Counted from the first letter of the stretch, positions 12,554-26,314 are shown. The stretch is 64,000 nt of DNA from Octopus vulgaris (GCA_951406725.2 OX597831.1:46562001-46626000), one strand, 5' to 3'. Made by a program: numbers and translations. The notes: generated by a model not told the origin, from the letters alone.

Positions 12554-12672
12554 CTTAATCATAGTTATATTTTTATCTTATATTTAATTTTTCTATAATA
12601 TGTAATTTTCTAGATGGTGTAATTTAATTTTTCACTTTTGAATTGATAAAAGGTGTTTTTTTCCAATTTTTT

Positions 12673-12712
<40 letters not shown>

Positions 12713-13266
12713 GCACATACATACACGTGTCTAAGTGTGTATTTATGCATTTATACATACACACACATACACATACTCACACACACACACATACACACAT
12801 ATATGAACAGTCATATGTATGTTGGTATGTCCGTAAGTATGTATGCAAGTATGTACTATGTATGTGTAAATGATGATGTAAATTGCATACAATTGTCTTC
12901 ACAAAATATTCAGTTGCTGAGATTGAGATGTCGGCTGACAATTATTTCCTGTTTTCTTACTCATGAAGGTCGCTTACTACACTTTGATGTTAAGAAACAT
13001 AAATATTTTTTGATGAAAACTATAAACAAACTATTACTCGCACAAAACCATTTGGTAGAGATACAGTTGGCGGGTGAGATTCATTTAAAACAATGTATGG
13101 AAACGGTATTGTTTTGAATAAAAGTGTGTATGGAATTCATATACAATATGTTTTGTTAATATATATCTAATATCTCGCTGTGGAAATATAGAAAAATATG
13201 TAAACATTTCATAGAATGTTTGGTAGCTGACAGTGAGCAATCGACTGACAGTTAATTAATCTTCCA

Positions 13267-13318
<52 letters not shown>

Positions 13319-14077
13319 CAGGGTCGCTTACTTCGCAAACACCGATATCTACAAGCGATTTGTGCCTGCTCGTAAAAAAATAATAACCGAGCTGTTACTC
13401 GCCTAAGGTCAACGACCTAGCCCAGAGTTTAATTCTCGACATTTATTAACATGGCAGCAGAGCTTTATTTCAAAGAAAGGTGTATATGTTAATCATAAAT
13501 AATAACTTTAATAAGCATAAATTCCTCTCGAAAAGATAAGCTGATTTAATCACACAATCTTCAGTTGCTGAGATAAATCTACAGACACTTGTTTCATCTT
13601 TTTTTCAAGACTCAACAAAGAGGGTGACCTTCTCTTCCAACTACCATAGTTACAAAGTAAATAGCGTTTTCCTATGAAAAGCGAAGCGATAACACGTATT
13701 GAGGCTGTAAAGTAATTTATATTTAAGAAGGTTGACGGCCGAAGTTTATTGATACAAGCAGCAACACATCGTTATCATTGCATTTGTGAATCATATATTA
13801 TATATTTGATAAAAATATATTCAATCTCGATGTCAAAATACAGTTTGTTATTGAATCACAGGATTTCAGTACGAGGAGAAAGAAAATCTTTAAAAAATAT
13901 TTATGGTGAATGACACCTCTCTGCTACATTCTCTTTTGAATCCAGAGAATGGCTCCGATGATGATTCCATTAAATGTTATTGTCCCTTGTCTGACGTCGT
14001 GGAAAGAAGTGAAGACGTCCAACAGCTTTGGTGCTCATCCAGTTTTCTCCACGAGTGTGAAGACGTCTCTTGAATTC

Positions 14078-14308
14078 TTATTCTTTATTACCCACAAGGG
14101 GCTAAACATAGAGAGGACAAACAAGGACAGACAAAGGGATTAATTCGATTACATCGACCCCAGTGCGTAACTGGTACTTAATTTATCGACCCCAAAAGGA
14201 TGAAAGGCAAAGTCGACCTCGGTAGAATTTGAACTCAGAACGTAACGGCAGACGAAATACGCTAAGCATTTCGCCCGGCGCGCTAACGTTTCTGCCAGCT
14301 CGCCGCCT
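14078..14308 (-). mobile_element. SINE family A, complete monomer
   Basis: Full head-to-tail match to the array units at 2.5-3.3 kb. Confidence 0.92.
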
Positions 14309-14409
14309 TGCAACATCTTGAATTCACTGAGTCTATAACCCTAGCCAGGTCAAAAACTCCAGCACTACAAAGGGCTACGTTTGTACCCAACTTTTTTTTG
14401 TATAGCTGC

Positions 14410-14481
<72 letters not shown>

Positions 14482-14529
14482 GTGTGTGTGGATAATGACC
14501 TTTAATCACACAAAGACACATGTAGACTC

Positions 14530-16400
14530 ACACAGAAAATACCTGTCGCCTCTGTAGAGCCATTCGAGCAAATGTTTTATTGATAATTTTCAGCAAGAAT
14601 ATATCTCTGTGATATTTGCAACCATTGCCGTCTATTTTTCTTGAAGTATTATAATATTTTAATGTAATATGTCCAAAGGGACTGATCAGCTCCTCTCATC
14701 ACTAGCAAAGTATGCTCGAGAAGATGAGCTAGTGTCACTGATCTACCATACTGTAGTACTTTTGTGAGACGATGTCTGCTTGGTCCCTTGAAAAAAACAA
14801 GTTGATGGCCTCGCTGAGTTCACTCGCCGTTGCTGACTACACTCTGTGAAGTACATTTGTTAGTAGAGCTGGACCCACTGTAGTAAAACTATGCCTTTTG
14901 TGAACACCAGCTGAGCAATCTTGCTAGCAGTGATCTTAGAGCATTTTCTTCATTTCTCCGTATACGTTTTACGCAGTACAGCTATCTGCGCAAGACAGGA
15001 TATTTTGATAAACTTTGCTGGATTTATTTTCTTTGATTTTAGTCGAACCCTGGAACACACTACGGCTTGTGTTGCAGTCAGCATGGTAAAGGCTAGAAGC
15101 ACACTGTTGAAAGCGGCTCTCTTAGTTGCGATCATTTCTCTTTGATGATAGACTCCACGTGACATCTTAACAAGGCTTTCTCTTGAAGTAGTTGTAGGTA
15201 ATTCTCAGATTTTAGCACGTGCAGAGTTTCAGCAGTTATTTTCGTTCATCTTGTCAAGGCTAAAATGGTCAAAGCAAACTGTTGTGAGCAGTGATCAAAT
15301 CCGACTTAAACGCTGAAATCCCCAAGCAAAATGTTGCCTTCAGATTCCTACATCATACAGATGACATCGTCATGAGTACAAATTTGAAGTATAGATACTG
15401 AAGATGTTTTATTTGTCAGACGACATAAAAAGAATGAGAGAAAAGATGCGCTCTGAACTGTCGAAAGGAATCACTATGGGCAGCAGGATATTCCAGGAAC
15501 TTTGCCTCTATGATGTTAGCCTTGCTGACAAGACAAACCTTTTTTCGGGAGATGTACTTTGCCAGAAGTAGTCGTCTTTCTCCTGCTGTCTACAGCTGGC
15601 TTGGTCTTTTACAACGCTGCTTTGCCGATGACAAGTTTCATCAAATACAGTTTTTCAATTGTAATTTATTTGCTGTAGATTATCTCGACTTTCCAAGTGA
15701 CCAGACATATAACTGGTGTTTTATTCTTTGTCCTTTGTATATTTGTCTTCTCCCGTAGTAGCTATCCTCATAAGCTCTAGGCAGCTATTAATGTGGCAAA
15801 TAGTAGCAAGTCGACACATTATTGTTCGTATTGAGGCAGGTGATAGCTGTTCAGTGAGACGCAATAGTTTCTCCCACGGGCAGAGGCAAACTCTTATGTT
15901 GCTCGTGTTGTCTTTGCTACAGCAGCACAGGCGCGACCCCTCTGGGTCCCAGATCTGGGCATTTTCTCCACGACCTCAAAGTTGTGATCTAAAAGAATGC
16001 GAGGCAATGCACTTAGCATCAATTTGGCTGCAGGGGTTTCTGCTATACATTGTGCAACCACCTTAGGGATGATTCTCTGAATTTGCTCCCCTCATCTGGT
16101 TGCCGACTACAATGAACCAGGTCATCTCCTCACTTTTATCGCTGAATGCTTACACGCGCCAAGACGTAATCTGTTCAGTTGGAACAGAAGTAAAATACGA
16201 AGGCAAGATGAACGAAGACCACGGGCGACAGCTGAAACTCGGCTCCTGCCACAATCTAAGACTTTCATCTACTTTAAGAGAAAAGCTTGTTAGGATGTCA
16301 CTTGCAGACCCTTAACAGTCTGGAAACTAGCATCAGGCAGATATGACTATTACTAGGAAATCCGTTTTCAACGATATATTTCAGTAAAGCAGTCGTGGGA
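14530..16400 (-). mobile_element. Degraded RTE-clade LINE (endonuclease to RT start)
   Basis: Minus DGNGCKYHRDIFLLKIINKTFARMALQR resembles GDRSDCNNYRGISLLSIxGKxFARxxLxR. The upstream part is heavily decayed and its extent is uncertain. Confidence 0.6.
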
Positions 16401-16581
16401 TGTGACCGCCTATCAAGTAAGACTGACAATATCCGCAAACACGTGGAAAGAGAGAGATTGATTATAATGAATCACTTCCATGTATGGACTAGAACGCCAT
16501 ATTTCTACACATTTATATATATACATACATTGTCAACTTCAATCTCTCTCTCCCATTTTCTTTTCCCTTCTCTCACTCCTC

Positions 16582-16637
<56 letters not shown>

Positions 16638-18331
16638 GTACAAACACACATACACACATCGATAGATATGCATACACGTATAAGTAATGTATCTATGTAA
16701 ATCGACAGTCTAATTCAGCAGTAGCTTATTAATTTATACCATGTTTTATTCATAAATTAAATTTGCCACCATTTTAGCGTCAATACAGCCATGAAAGACG
16801 TAATCTAAAAAAAAAACAAAAACAAAAAACAAAACGAAAACAACTGAAACATTTCATGATTTTATAACAATTCCCATGCGAAATCCGTTGCACTTCCCAC
16901 ATAATTTCCGTGATGCGTAGGTGTTTTTGAGTTGATTCTGACTGGTTGTGTGTTGAGATTCTTCCGTTTGAGAGGTTTTACACATTATTTCTGTCTTCAA
17001 ACGTTGCTTCTGTTTGTAAAGAAAACAGGCCGACAACTTGAGTGCGTGCATGTTTGTGCGTATTCTCTATTGTTTGTGAATCAGAAAAAGAAAATCTGTT
17101 TACAGCTGTTCTCTTGTCTTCAGAAAGAAAAACAGGGTTTTTCCTTTTCTTTTGTTTCCGGAGAAATGTCGATTGCTTTAGATTATCATCTCTTCTCATT
17201 GAGACACGGTTGCAATTTGCTGCTAGGGTTTTTGTTTGTCTGGCAGTGAGAGCGTGAATGAGTGATCGAGTTTGTAGTTGTTAGTGTGAATGCGAAAGTC
17301 GAGGAGCAGGCATTTGCGTAGATTGATGCAGTGGATGATAGAGTAGACGAGGAAGGGAGTGGCGCAGGTGGAGGTGCGAATTTGGGAGTGTTGGTTCGTA
17401 TTGAGGGGTCAGGATGATTTGCGGTGGATGGGTTCTGTGGGGGAAGGTGAAGTAGAATATAAGTTGGGCGTATTGATGGATGCCACTTGAAATGACGGTG
17501 GGTGGGAAGTAGATACAAAGATTGAAGAATGTTACATGACAGAAGTTACTGGTTATTTTAAACAGGTGTTGAAAGTTATATAGACAATAGCAACACTCCA
17601 ATCCATACGTAACAATCATACCTAGCAACAATTGTTTAAGGTGGATGTCTCTTTTGCATCCACTAACCTACTTGACATCCCACCTCCGAAACCACCTATC
17701 TCATCCCTACCTTCCATTTCTCCTTCCACCGCTAACCGCATACACACCTGCCGCCTCTTTTAACTTCTTATTCCACTTCCACTGACATGCACATCCTAAT
17801 ACACCCACCAACAGCCCTCTTCCCACCACATTCTTTCTCCATGCTGTTATCACTATACACCTCAGTCTTTGTCGCCTTGAAACTGTATGCTCTCTCCTTG
17901 GTAGGGCCTCCGCTTTCATATCCATCACATCTTCAGCAGCAAGATCCGGACGTTTACAAATAATGACATGTGATTCATACACCACACCAACCTATGCACT
18001 TTTTATTACAGCATAAGACAAGCACCAGGCAACAAGGATAATTTCATGGACCTGGCACCGACCATCTGACAATGTCTGCCTCAGAACAGTTCAACAATCT
18101 TGACCAATCTGTCAACATTTTCCACCCAAAACTAAACCAAATCACTACATACTCTTTCGTGCATGCCCAGTAATAACACAGTTACACTCATATATGCACA
18201 TACTCTCTGTAACACCATCGTAACACCTTCACACTACACTAATCAAACCCCAATAGAACATGTCTAACATATAAACACACATATAACCAGACGAACGCAT
18301 TCACCTCACTACGCACTCAGAGCTTCCAACA

Positions 18332-18396
<65 letters not shown>

Positions 18397-18599
18397 AATA
18401 GACTCACACAATCATGCCTAGCAACACTCCAATCCATACGTAACAATCATACCTAGCAATATTCCAATCCATACGTAGTAAGTTCTACCAATATGAAAAA
18501 ATAACAAATCAACATACACAAGAGTACAACTTTTACGAGAACACACATAACAGAATTCCGACTGGGAGTTTCATGACTCTTTATGCACCGTCAATCTAT

Positions 18600-21470
18600 A
18601 TACTTCATCATGGGACCAAAATATAAAAGTAAATCTACTTAAATCTGCCTCTTCTTAAACGTCCGTGAACGCCGTCCACTCTAGACCCCACGCAAACTAC
18701 ATGTCTTATTTCACACAAACTACATGTCTTATTTCTCTCCTAAACACAAATTTATCAACCCCTATCCACAATACATCTCTGCTGTCCAGGTCACAGTCTC
18801 TTCTCATATTTTACTCCAAGGAAATGATGTCTACACAAGCGTAGACTCCACTTTCCCTGTTACTAACCTCTCTCACTTGAATTGCAGCTAAAACGACTTC
18901 CAGGTACTCTAACTCGAATCTATCTCCCTCATTTTATCAGCAGATTCCGCTTTTTCTATTGTGTTCAGATATCTTCAGACCGTGAGCAGGTCTGATTATA
19001 CGTACTTTCTCCTACATTGAGATCATATATTCTACTTTAACCGTCTTTGAACTCATCATTCATTGAGACTTAAAAACAACTCACATCTCGCGACAAACTT
19101 CTCTCACCAATGCTGTTGCTTCAGAAGTTAGAATTTTGCATTTCACTCTGCATTCCCTATTCACATCCCAACCACTCAAATACTCGGGATTTCTTTCACG
19201 TCTCAAAACCAAACCGTAAACTGTCTTTGTATCTGCTAGATCATCGGACAACATTTTTATCACAACTACCACACACACAGCAACATACAGTACAATGCTT
19301 CTCGCGCCTTGAATCTTGTATAGTACGTTAACACAATGGCTGGAGCATCACCTGTTTTACGCCAATCCTTGGCAGTACACATACATTGCTCCCGATCTTC
19401 AAGAGACAAGTGTGTAATTAAAAACTTTTAGGCAAGTTTTAGCACATCTCACATAAAACAAAAATCAACATCCCCAGTCCAACAATAGGTTCTCAACCAC
19501 ACTGCAGTTATTCAGGCAAAAAAAAAAGAAAAAAGAAAGACATCTGGAGGTTCTCGCCTGCTCTTCAAAAGAAGGCAGAATTTACCTAACAGTGTAACTC
19601 TTCCAAGACCAATATCTAAATTGCAAAAGATACTTTGGTGCATTGCACAGCCAAAATGGTTTCCAGCTTTGCTAATTGCAGTTGATGGTTTTGACCCCTT
19701 GCCAAAATAACCTTAGCTAACTTTTCAAAATCCTCTTTACCCACCATTCTCTACAGCGATGACCCCATAAACAGTAACTTCCACTGAGAAATCCTTAACG
19801 CTCACTGCTTGATTTACATTCAAATTTACCCACCGTTATTTAATGCGAAATACCTCCGGTGGCGGTAACCAACAGGGTCATCAATTTTAATTTCCATTAA
19901 ACTCAAATATTGGACCCCGAAACTTGCTCTTGTACTCATCAAACTCTTCATCTCTCATTCTCTCAGTTGTTATACAGTGAGCTTTGTGAACGCGTTACAG
20001 CGTCTCCCGTTACTAAGAAAGACAACCTGTCTGATGCACTCACTTCTAATATTTTAAAGACTATGGAGAAATCTAACAGCCAGAATTGCTCTCTCTCTCT
20101 TCCTCTCTCTTTTCTCTCTCTCTCTCTCACTCTCCCTCTTTCTCTTTCTTCTTCTCTCCCTTCCTCTCTCACTCTCTTTCTTTCTCTCTCTCACTCTCTT
20201 TCTTTCTCTCTCTCACTCTCTTCCTCTCTCTCACTCTTTCTCTTCCTCTCTCTCTCACTCTCTCTTCTTCTCTCTCCCACTCTCTCTTCATCTCTCTCTC
20301 ACTCTCCCTCTTTCTCTTTCTTCCTCTCTCTCTCCCTCTCTCCCTCTCTCTCTCACTCTCTTTCTTCTCTCTCTCACTCTCTTCCTCTCTCTCACTCTTT
20401 CTCTTCCTCTCTCTCTCTCACTCTCTCTTCTTCTCTCTCCCACTCTCTCTTCATCTCTCTTCCACTCTCTCTCTTCCTCTCTCTCTCACTCTCTCTCTCT
20501 CTTCCTCTCTCTCTTCATCTCTCTCTCACGCTTTCTCTTCCTCCCTCTCTCACTCTCTCTTTCTCTCTCTGTCACTCTCTTTCTTCCTCTCTGTCACTCT
20601 CTCTTCCTCTCTTTCACTTTTTCCCTTCCTCTCTCTCTCACTCTCTCTTCCTCTTTTTCTCACTCTCTCTTGCTCTCTCTCTCTCACTCTCTCTCACTCT
20701 CTCTCACTCTCCCTCTCTCTTCCTCTCTCTTCCTCTCTCTCCCACTCTCTCTCTTCCTCTCCCTCTCACTCTCTCTTCCTCTTTTTCTCACTCTCTCTTG
20801 CTCTCTCTCTCTCACTCTCTCTCACTCTCTCTCACTCTCACTCTCTCTTCCTCTCTCTCTCTCTCACTCTCTCCCCCCTCTCTCTCTCACTCTCTCTTCC
20901 CTCAATAACCAGCATATAGCAAAGCTTCTGTAGAGCCAGAGCCACTGGAGACCCATTCTTTTATGTCATTCGCCAGCGGGATCTCAGTGAAAGCAATGTT
21001 GTTGCTGCAAACACAAGTAAATATATCGAACGTATTTGGTACGCGAATCTCGGATCGAAACTTCCTGCCTATGGGATCATTCCAACTCTCTTTTGAATTG
21101 GTTGTCTCTTATCAGATCGCATTACGGAAACGTTCGTTGATGAAGTTCTTTTTGTTCAACTATTAAACAACTCTTGTGAGTTTTGAGATTTGTTTTGTCT
21201 CCTGCAGTCTTCCTTCTGTACATCAGTGATCTGATTGCCGTCATTTCCAACAACGCCCAGTCTTACACATATGATATGACACTTCATTTCTCCCTAACCC
21301 TTCCTGGTCCCACATCATCCACGCAAACTAGGTATCGGATACAAAACTTACCCTGATTCCATGAATGGGGACTTCGATAGCATTATCCATTGTGCTATGC
21401 TATTCTTTTGTCTTTGAACAGTAAAAACAAAGCTACATGTACTAAATACATCAAGAAAACACCGTTGCAA
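18600..21470 (+). mobile_element. Degraded CR1 (Zenon-like) LINE ORF2, split by a CT-rich tract
   Basis: LKYWTPKLALVLIKLF; SPVTKKDNLSD..ILKTMEK; FCRARATGD; KLPAYGI; ISDLIAVISNNAQSYTYDMTLHF (YADD region). Confidence 0.75.
20087..20905. repeat. ~820-bp polypyrimidine (CT/CTCACT) low-complexity tract
   Basis: Almost only C and T on the plus strand. Confidence 0.97.
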
Positions 21471-21542
21471 CATAATCCCACAAAATATGAGCAGCACGCA
21501 ACTGTAGGTCTCAGTTGCACCAAAATGGCTCAAATTAACATC

Positions 21543-21627
21543 TGTTTAGGATACAATTTGATTGGTAGACGATGATCACGTGATTAAGCTTTGATTATCG
21601 TCTGTCAATCACATTGTATCTTAAACA
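21543..21627 (+). other. ~36-bp hairpin with a 13-nt loop
   Basis: tgtttaggatacaatttgattggtagacgatgatca pairs with tgattatcgtctgtcaatcacattgtatcttaaaca; four G-U pairs and one mismatch. Confidence 0.7.
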
Positions 21628-21821
21628 AGAGAATTTTTGAACTCCAGCCAGAAGCAAGACAGTTGCAGCATAGAACACATTTTTCTATCTCACTTTTGAA
21701 AATATAAAAAATAAAGTGAAACCGGTTAAGGCTTTAAAAATAAATCATCTAAAAGACTCCCAGTTCATTTTCAATTTCTTTTTCTATATTTCTATAGATG
21801 TAGTGTCAAATAATTTTGTTT

Positions 21822-21875
<54 letters not shown>

Positions 21876-21879
<4 letters not shown>

Positions 21880-22935
21880 CTGAACTATATGGTCGTTATA
21901 TTGACGACATTATCGGTGCCACCTCACTCTCCCGCGAACATCTAGATTCCTTCCTCTCTTTCGTCCAATCTTTCCATCCAGCCCTCCACTTCACTTCCAC
22001 TATCTCCAACACCTCTGTCTCCTTCCTCGACATTTCGGTTAGCATTCTTCACTCCACTCTTACCACCTCCATTCACTACAAACACACAGACTCACACTCA
22101 TACCTCAACTTCTCTTCCTCCCACCCAGAACACACCAAGCTTTCCATCCCCTATTCCCAATTCCTCCGTCTACGTAGGCTCTGTAGTGACGACCATGACT
22201 TTGAGACTCAGTCTCAACGTATGGCTCACCACTTCACCCTACGTGGATACCCCCTCACCACTATCCACACCGCCCTTGCCAGAGCACGGTCCGTGGACCG
22301 TGTATCTGCTCTCTCTCCCCGAACCCGCCCTGTAGTCTCCCGCCTCCCTTTTCCCCTCACTTACCACCCCACGACTCTACGTCTCCAACGCACCATTCTT
22401 CGAGCTTTCCGTCATCTCCAGTCCGACCCGTCCACTTCACACCTCTTCCCTAACCGACCCCTCCCCTCTTTCAAACGAGCCCACAACCTTCGAGACCTTT
22501 TGGTCCATAGCTCCTTCCCTGACCCTACCTCCCAACCCGGCTCGTTCCCCTGCTCCCGCCCACGTTGCCGCACTTGCCCTTACCTCTCCAACACCACCCG
22601 CCTCACTAGCACCCACCATCGACCCTATCCCATCATCCACTCCTTCACCTGCACCTCCAGCAATATTATCTATTGCATCTCTTGCTCTCTCTGCAATTCC
22701 TTGTATATCGGACAAACGGGACGCCGCTTGGCTGACCGGTTCGCGGAACACCTTCGTGACATCCACCTTGCGAACGACACACCGATCTCACGCCATTTCC
22801 GCTCCACCGGTCACTCCTTGCAACACCTATCTGTGTTCGGTTTGTCCTTACACAGAGGCCATCCGGATTCCCGTTTGCGCCGTGAACAGGAATTAATCTT
22901 CTCTCTTCGCTCTTATACGCCATTTGGTCTCAACT
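21876..22935 (+). CDS. PLE ORF fragment (RT YIDD, thumb, Cys linker, GIY-YIG); uninterrupted but lacks its N-terminus
   Basis: YGRYIDDIIG; HYKHTDSHSYLNFSSSHP..SIPYSQFLRLRRLCS; CSRPRCRTC; NIIYCISCSLCNSLYIGQTGRRLADRFAEH; EQELIFSL..PFGLN. Confidence 0.88.
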
Positions 22936-23766
22936 CTCCCCCCTCCTCATCTAACCCCCTCTCCCCCCTCCTCACCTATCCTTTCTCCCCCGACCCCTAC
23001 TTCTACAGTCCTTTATCCTTTCACCCCTACTCCCCTTCCCTTCTTCCCTCTTTCTCCCTCCCTCTTCCCCTTCCCTCTGCTCCCTCACTCCCTCTCTCCC
23101 TCTTTCCTCCTTCATCCCCTCCTCCCCTTCCTTCTCCCCCATCCTCTCCTCTTCCCCCTTCTCCCCCCTCTTCTTCCCCTCGCCTTCTCTCCCCCTCTTC
23201 TCCCCCTCCCCCTCTTCTCCTCACTACACCACATGACTTTACACATCACATCACATATGATGTGCCATACTAATACACACACCAACTAATACATACTAAT
23301 ACGTACTAATACATACCAGTACATACTAATACTTACACCAACCCTATACATACACACGTCCAGACCCCGCATACGCACTTATACTCTCTCACACACACAC
23401 ACACACACCTATACATACCAATACGTACTAATACATACTAATACATACTAATACATACACCAACCCCATGCATACGCACGTCCAGACCAATCTTACGCAC
23501 TAATACTCTCTCATACACACACACACACACACCCTTATACATACTAATACATACACCAACCCTATACATACACACATCCAGACCCCTCCCACGCACTTTT
23601 AGCTGGTCCCTCAACCCTTTTATCAACCCTATTATCTCCCCTTATTTCGCTCTCGCGTCTCATGTTTGATCTTTGACCTCTGGCCGAAATCAGATCGCCA
23701 TGTTGATTCGTTAGCTACTGCACGCATTTTTTTCTCTCCTTCTTTCTGTGTTTTTCTCTCTGTGTA

Positions 23767-23804
23767 TCTTTCTGTTGAAGAGCGTAGGCTCGAAACGTTA
23801 AAGA
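23767..23804 (+). ncRNA. Minimal type-I hammerhead motif in the PLE pLTR (core mutated)
   Basis: tcttt-CTGtTGA-a-gagc(gtag)gctc-GAA-acgt-t-aaaga; palindromic stem III ACGT; A6 to U change. Confidence 0.7.
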
Positions 23805-23901
23805 CTTGTTTTATTTATATTTCCTGAGCGCCATACTAATACAATTGTTCGTTTGTTTTCCACCTGCCTTCGTCTTTTGTTTATTTTCATAAAGCTTCCC
23901 G

Positions 23902-23937
<36 letters not shown>

Positions 23938-24219
23938 TGTACATTTAAGCACATAAGAGATGGCCATAAGAGGACATCTGACCCGCTAGAAGGAGTAGTT
24001 AAACCCAAAACCACTATTAGGGGTAATTTCGAAAGGGAATGAAAAATGAAAACATTTACCATCTAATTCCTGTACCTTGGTTTCAACCAATCTTCAGCAA
24101 ATAAAATAATTTACTAGGCGAAACTCTCATCAGCTGTTATTAAAAATGGATATATATATATATATGTATGTATGTATGATGTATGTATATATGTATGTAT
24201 ATAAATAAGTATATATACA

Positions 24220-24286
<67 letters not shown>

Positions 24287-24291
24287 GTATG

Positions 24292-24348
<57 letters not shown>

Positions 24349-24351
<3 letters not shown>

Positions 24352-25295
24352 CGCAGGCGTGGGTGTGTGACAAGAAGCTTATTTCCCAACTATATGGTTC
24401 TGGGTTCAGTCTCACTGCGTGGCACCTTGGGAAAGTGTCTTCTACTATAGCTTCGGACCGACCAAAGCCTTGTGAGTAGAATTGGTAGACAGAGACTGAA
24501 AGACGTCCGTCGTATATATGTATGTATATGTCAGGTCACTTTCAAGTGCTACTGGTAACATGTAACCCAGTACAACCTGTTGCATGTTCGTGTCGTCGGC
24601 AACTAAACTGGCAACCCCACCAAGCTTGCTTGGTGAGGGGGTGTTTATTGGACAGCCTGCGGGATGAAAAACAGAACCCGTCAAAGGGCGGAGGATTTCT
24701 TGAGAGTCAACGGCCATCCAATAAATGTCTTAAGGCTGTATCATGCGCGGGAACATAGAAATAATCGGACAGAATACCCGATCGCGCGGTTAAACCATTG
24801 GGAGTGAAGGACTCCTAGGCTTTGTTACGGCATCCTTCTAGGAGAAGGTAACTCATATAAATGGGATAACTCCAACATAAAAGCTGCGGCTCAGTGGTTA
24901 CCGATGATGTTGACTTGTTCTTCTTTTCGGATTATGGCTACTGTTGCTTAGTGAGTGAGATTGACTCAGTGCACAGCCTTTCCTCACTTTAAAAATAAAT
25001 CTTCTTGCACAGTCATTGCACGATAACAACATTGATTAAGCTTCGTGCAATGGCCATACTCGATAACGAGGTGGAAGCCACCACATTTGTGTATGTGTGT
25101 GTGTCTCTTCCCCGCCCCACCATCGTTTGACAACTTATGTTGATGTATTTATGTCCCCACAACTTCGGCAAAAGAATTCGGCGAAAGAATTTTGTAGAAT
25201 AGGTACTAAGCTTACAAAGGTTATGTTTTGGGGTCGATTTCCTCTAACAAAACTTGTTAAAGCGGTGCTTCAGCGTGGCCGCAGTCAAATGCCTG
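24349..25295 (+). mobile_element. SINE family B interrupted in its microsatellite by an RTE-derived insert
   Basis: Head at 24349-24512; the tail resumes at ~25090. Confidence 0.85.
24528..25085 (+). mobile_element. Non-autonomous RTE-derived element (5' UTR-like) with an HDV-like ribozyme candidate
   Basis: ctaggagaaggtaactc RTE-type 5' UTR motif; homology to 500-780; pseudoknot-compatible segment at 24555-24611. Confidence 0.6.
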
Positions 25296-25338
25296 AGTCT
25301 GTCTGTTCGTCCGTCCGTCCATCCATCATCCTTCCATC

Positions 25339-25417
<79 letters not shown>

Positions 25418-25686
25418 ATATTATCTATATATCATATTTGTTGCCATTGTTACTTCTTAAAATATATAGGAACAAGTGTAAAATCGTGGGAAAATCTAGT
25501 TTCAAACTATTTGGATCCTGGTAATCGAATTAAGCAATTCCTAATTCATTCTAGGAATACGTTTCTTTTATGTTCATTGCCATTAACACACACACACACA
25601 CACACACACACCCACACATATATCCTCGCTCTTATGAATAGATCTTCTGAACTGGGCATATTTGTTTGCGCATCTATGTGCGAGTA

Positions 25687-25754
<68 letters not shown>

Positions 25755-26062
25755 ATGTGTATATGAAAGCATGTATGCATTTATGTGTGAGTTATTGTAT
25801 GCATGAATGCATGTGAAGGTGACGTAATCGACATTAATTATATGCAGGTGCAATTTATTTACATATCTTCCTGGTTGCGTATGAGTTGTCTACTTAGTCG
25901 GCTAACTTCCTAGAAACAACTTATTAAAAAAAAAACAAAAAACTGGTTGTACACCCACCTCCTCTTTAACAACGACCATATAGCTTTAATGCAAGTCAGA
26001 AAATAGATCTTTCACTTTTCTCTCTCTCTCTTTCTTTCTTTCTTTCCCCCACTATCGGTCTC

Positions 26063-26186
<124 letters not shown>

Positions 26187-26189
26187 ATA

Positions 26190-26266
<77 letters not shown>

Positions 26267-26279
26267 AAATACGTCTATA

Positions 26280-26314
<35 letters not shown>

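Larger units (their letters stand above)
21876..23902 (+). mobile_element. 5'-truncated Neptune-type Penelope-like retroelement with pLTR, inserted in (TA)n
   Basis: RT C-terminus and GIY-YIG ORF, C/T-rich tail, hammerhead motif near the end; (TA)n on both flanks. Confidence 0.92.

Noticed and set aside
14230-14308. tRNA genes at SINE heads
   Set aside because: A and B boxes are present but there is no full cloverleaf, and they continue into SINE bodies.
19910-20933. 332-aa and 277-aa Ser/Leu-rich ORFs
   Set aside because: They are artefacts of the CT-rich tract.
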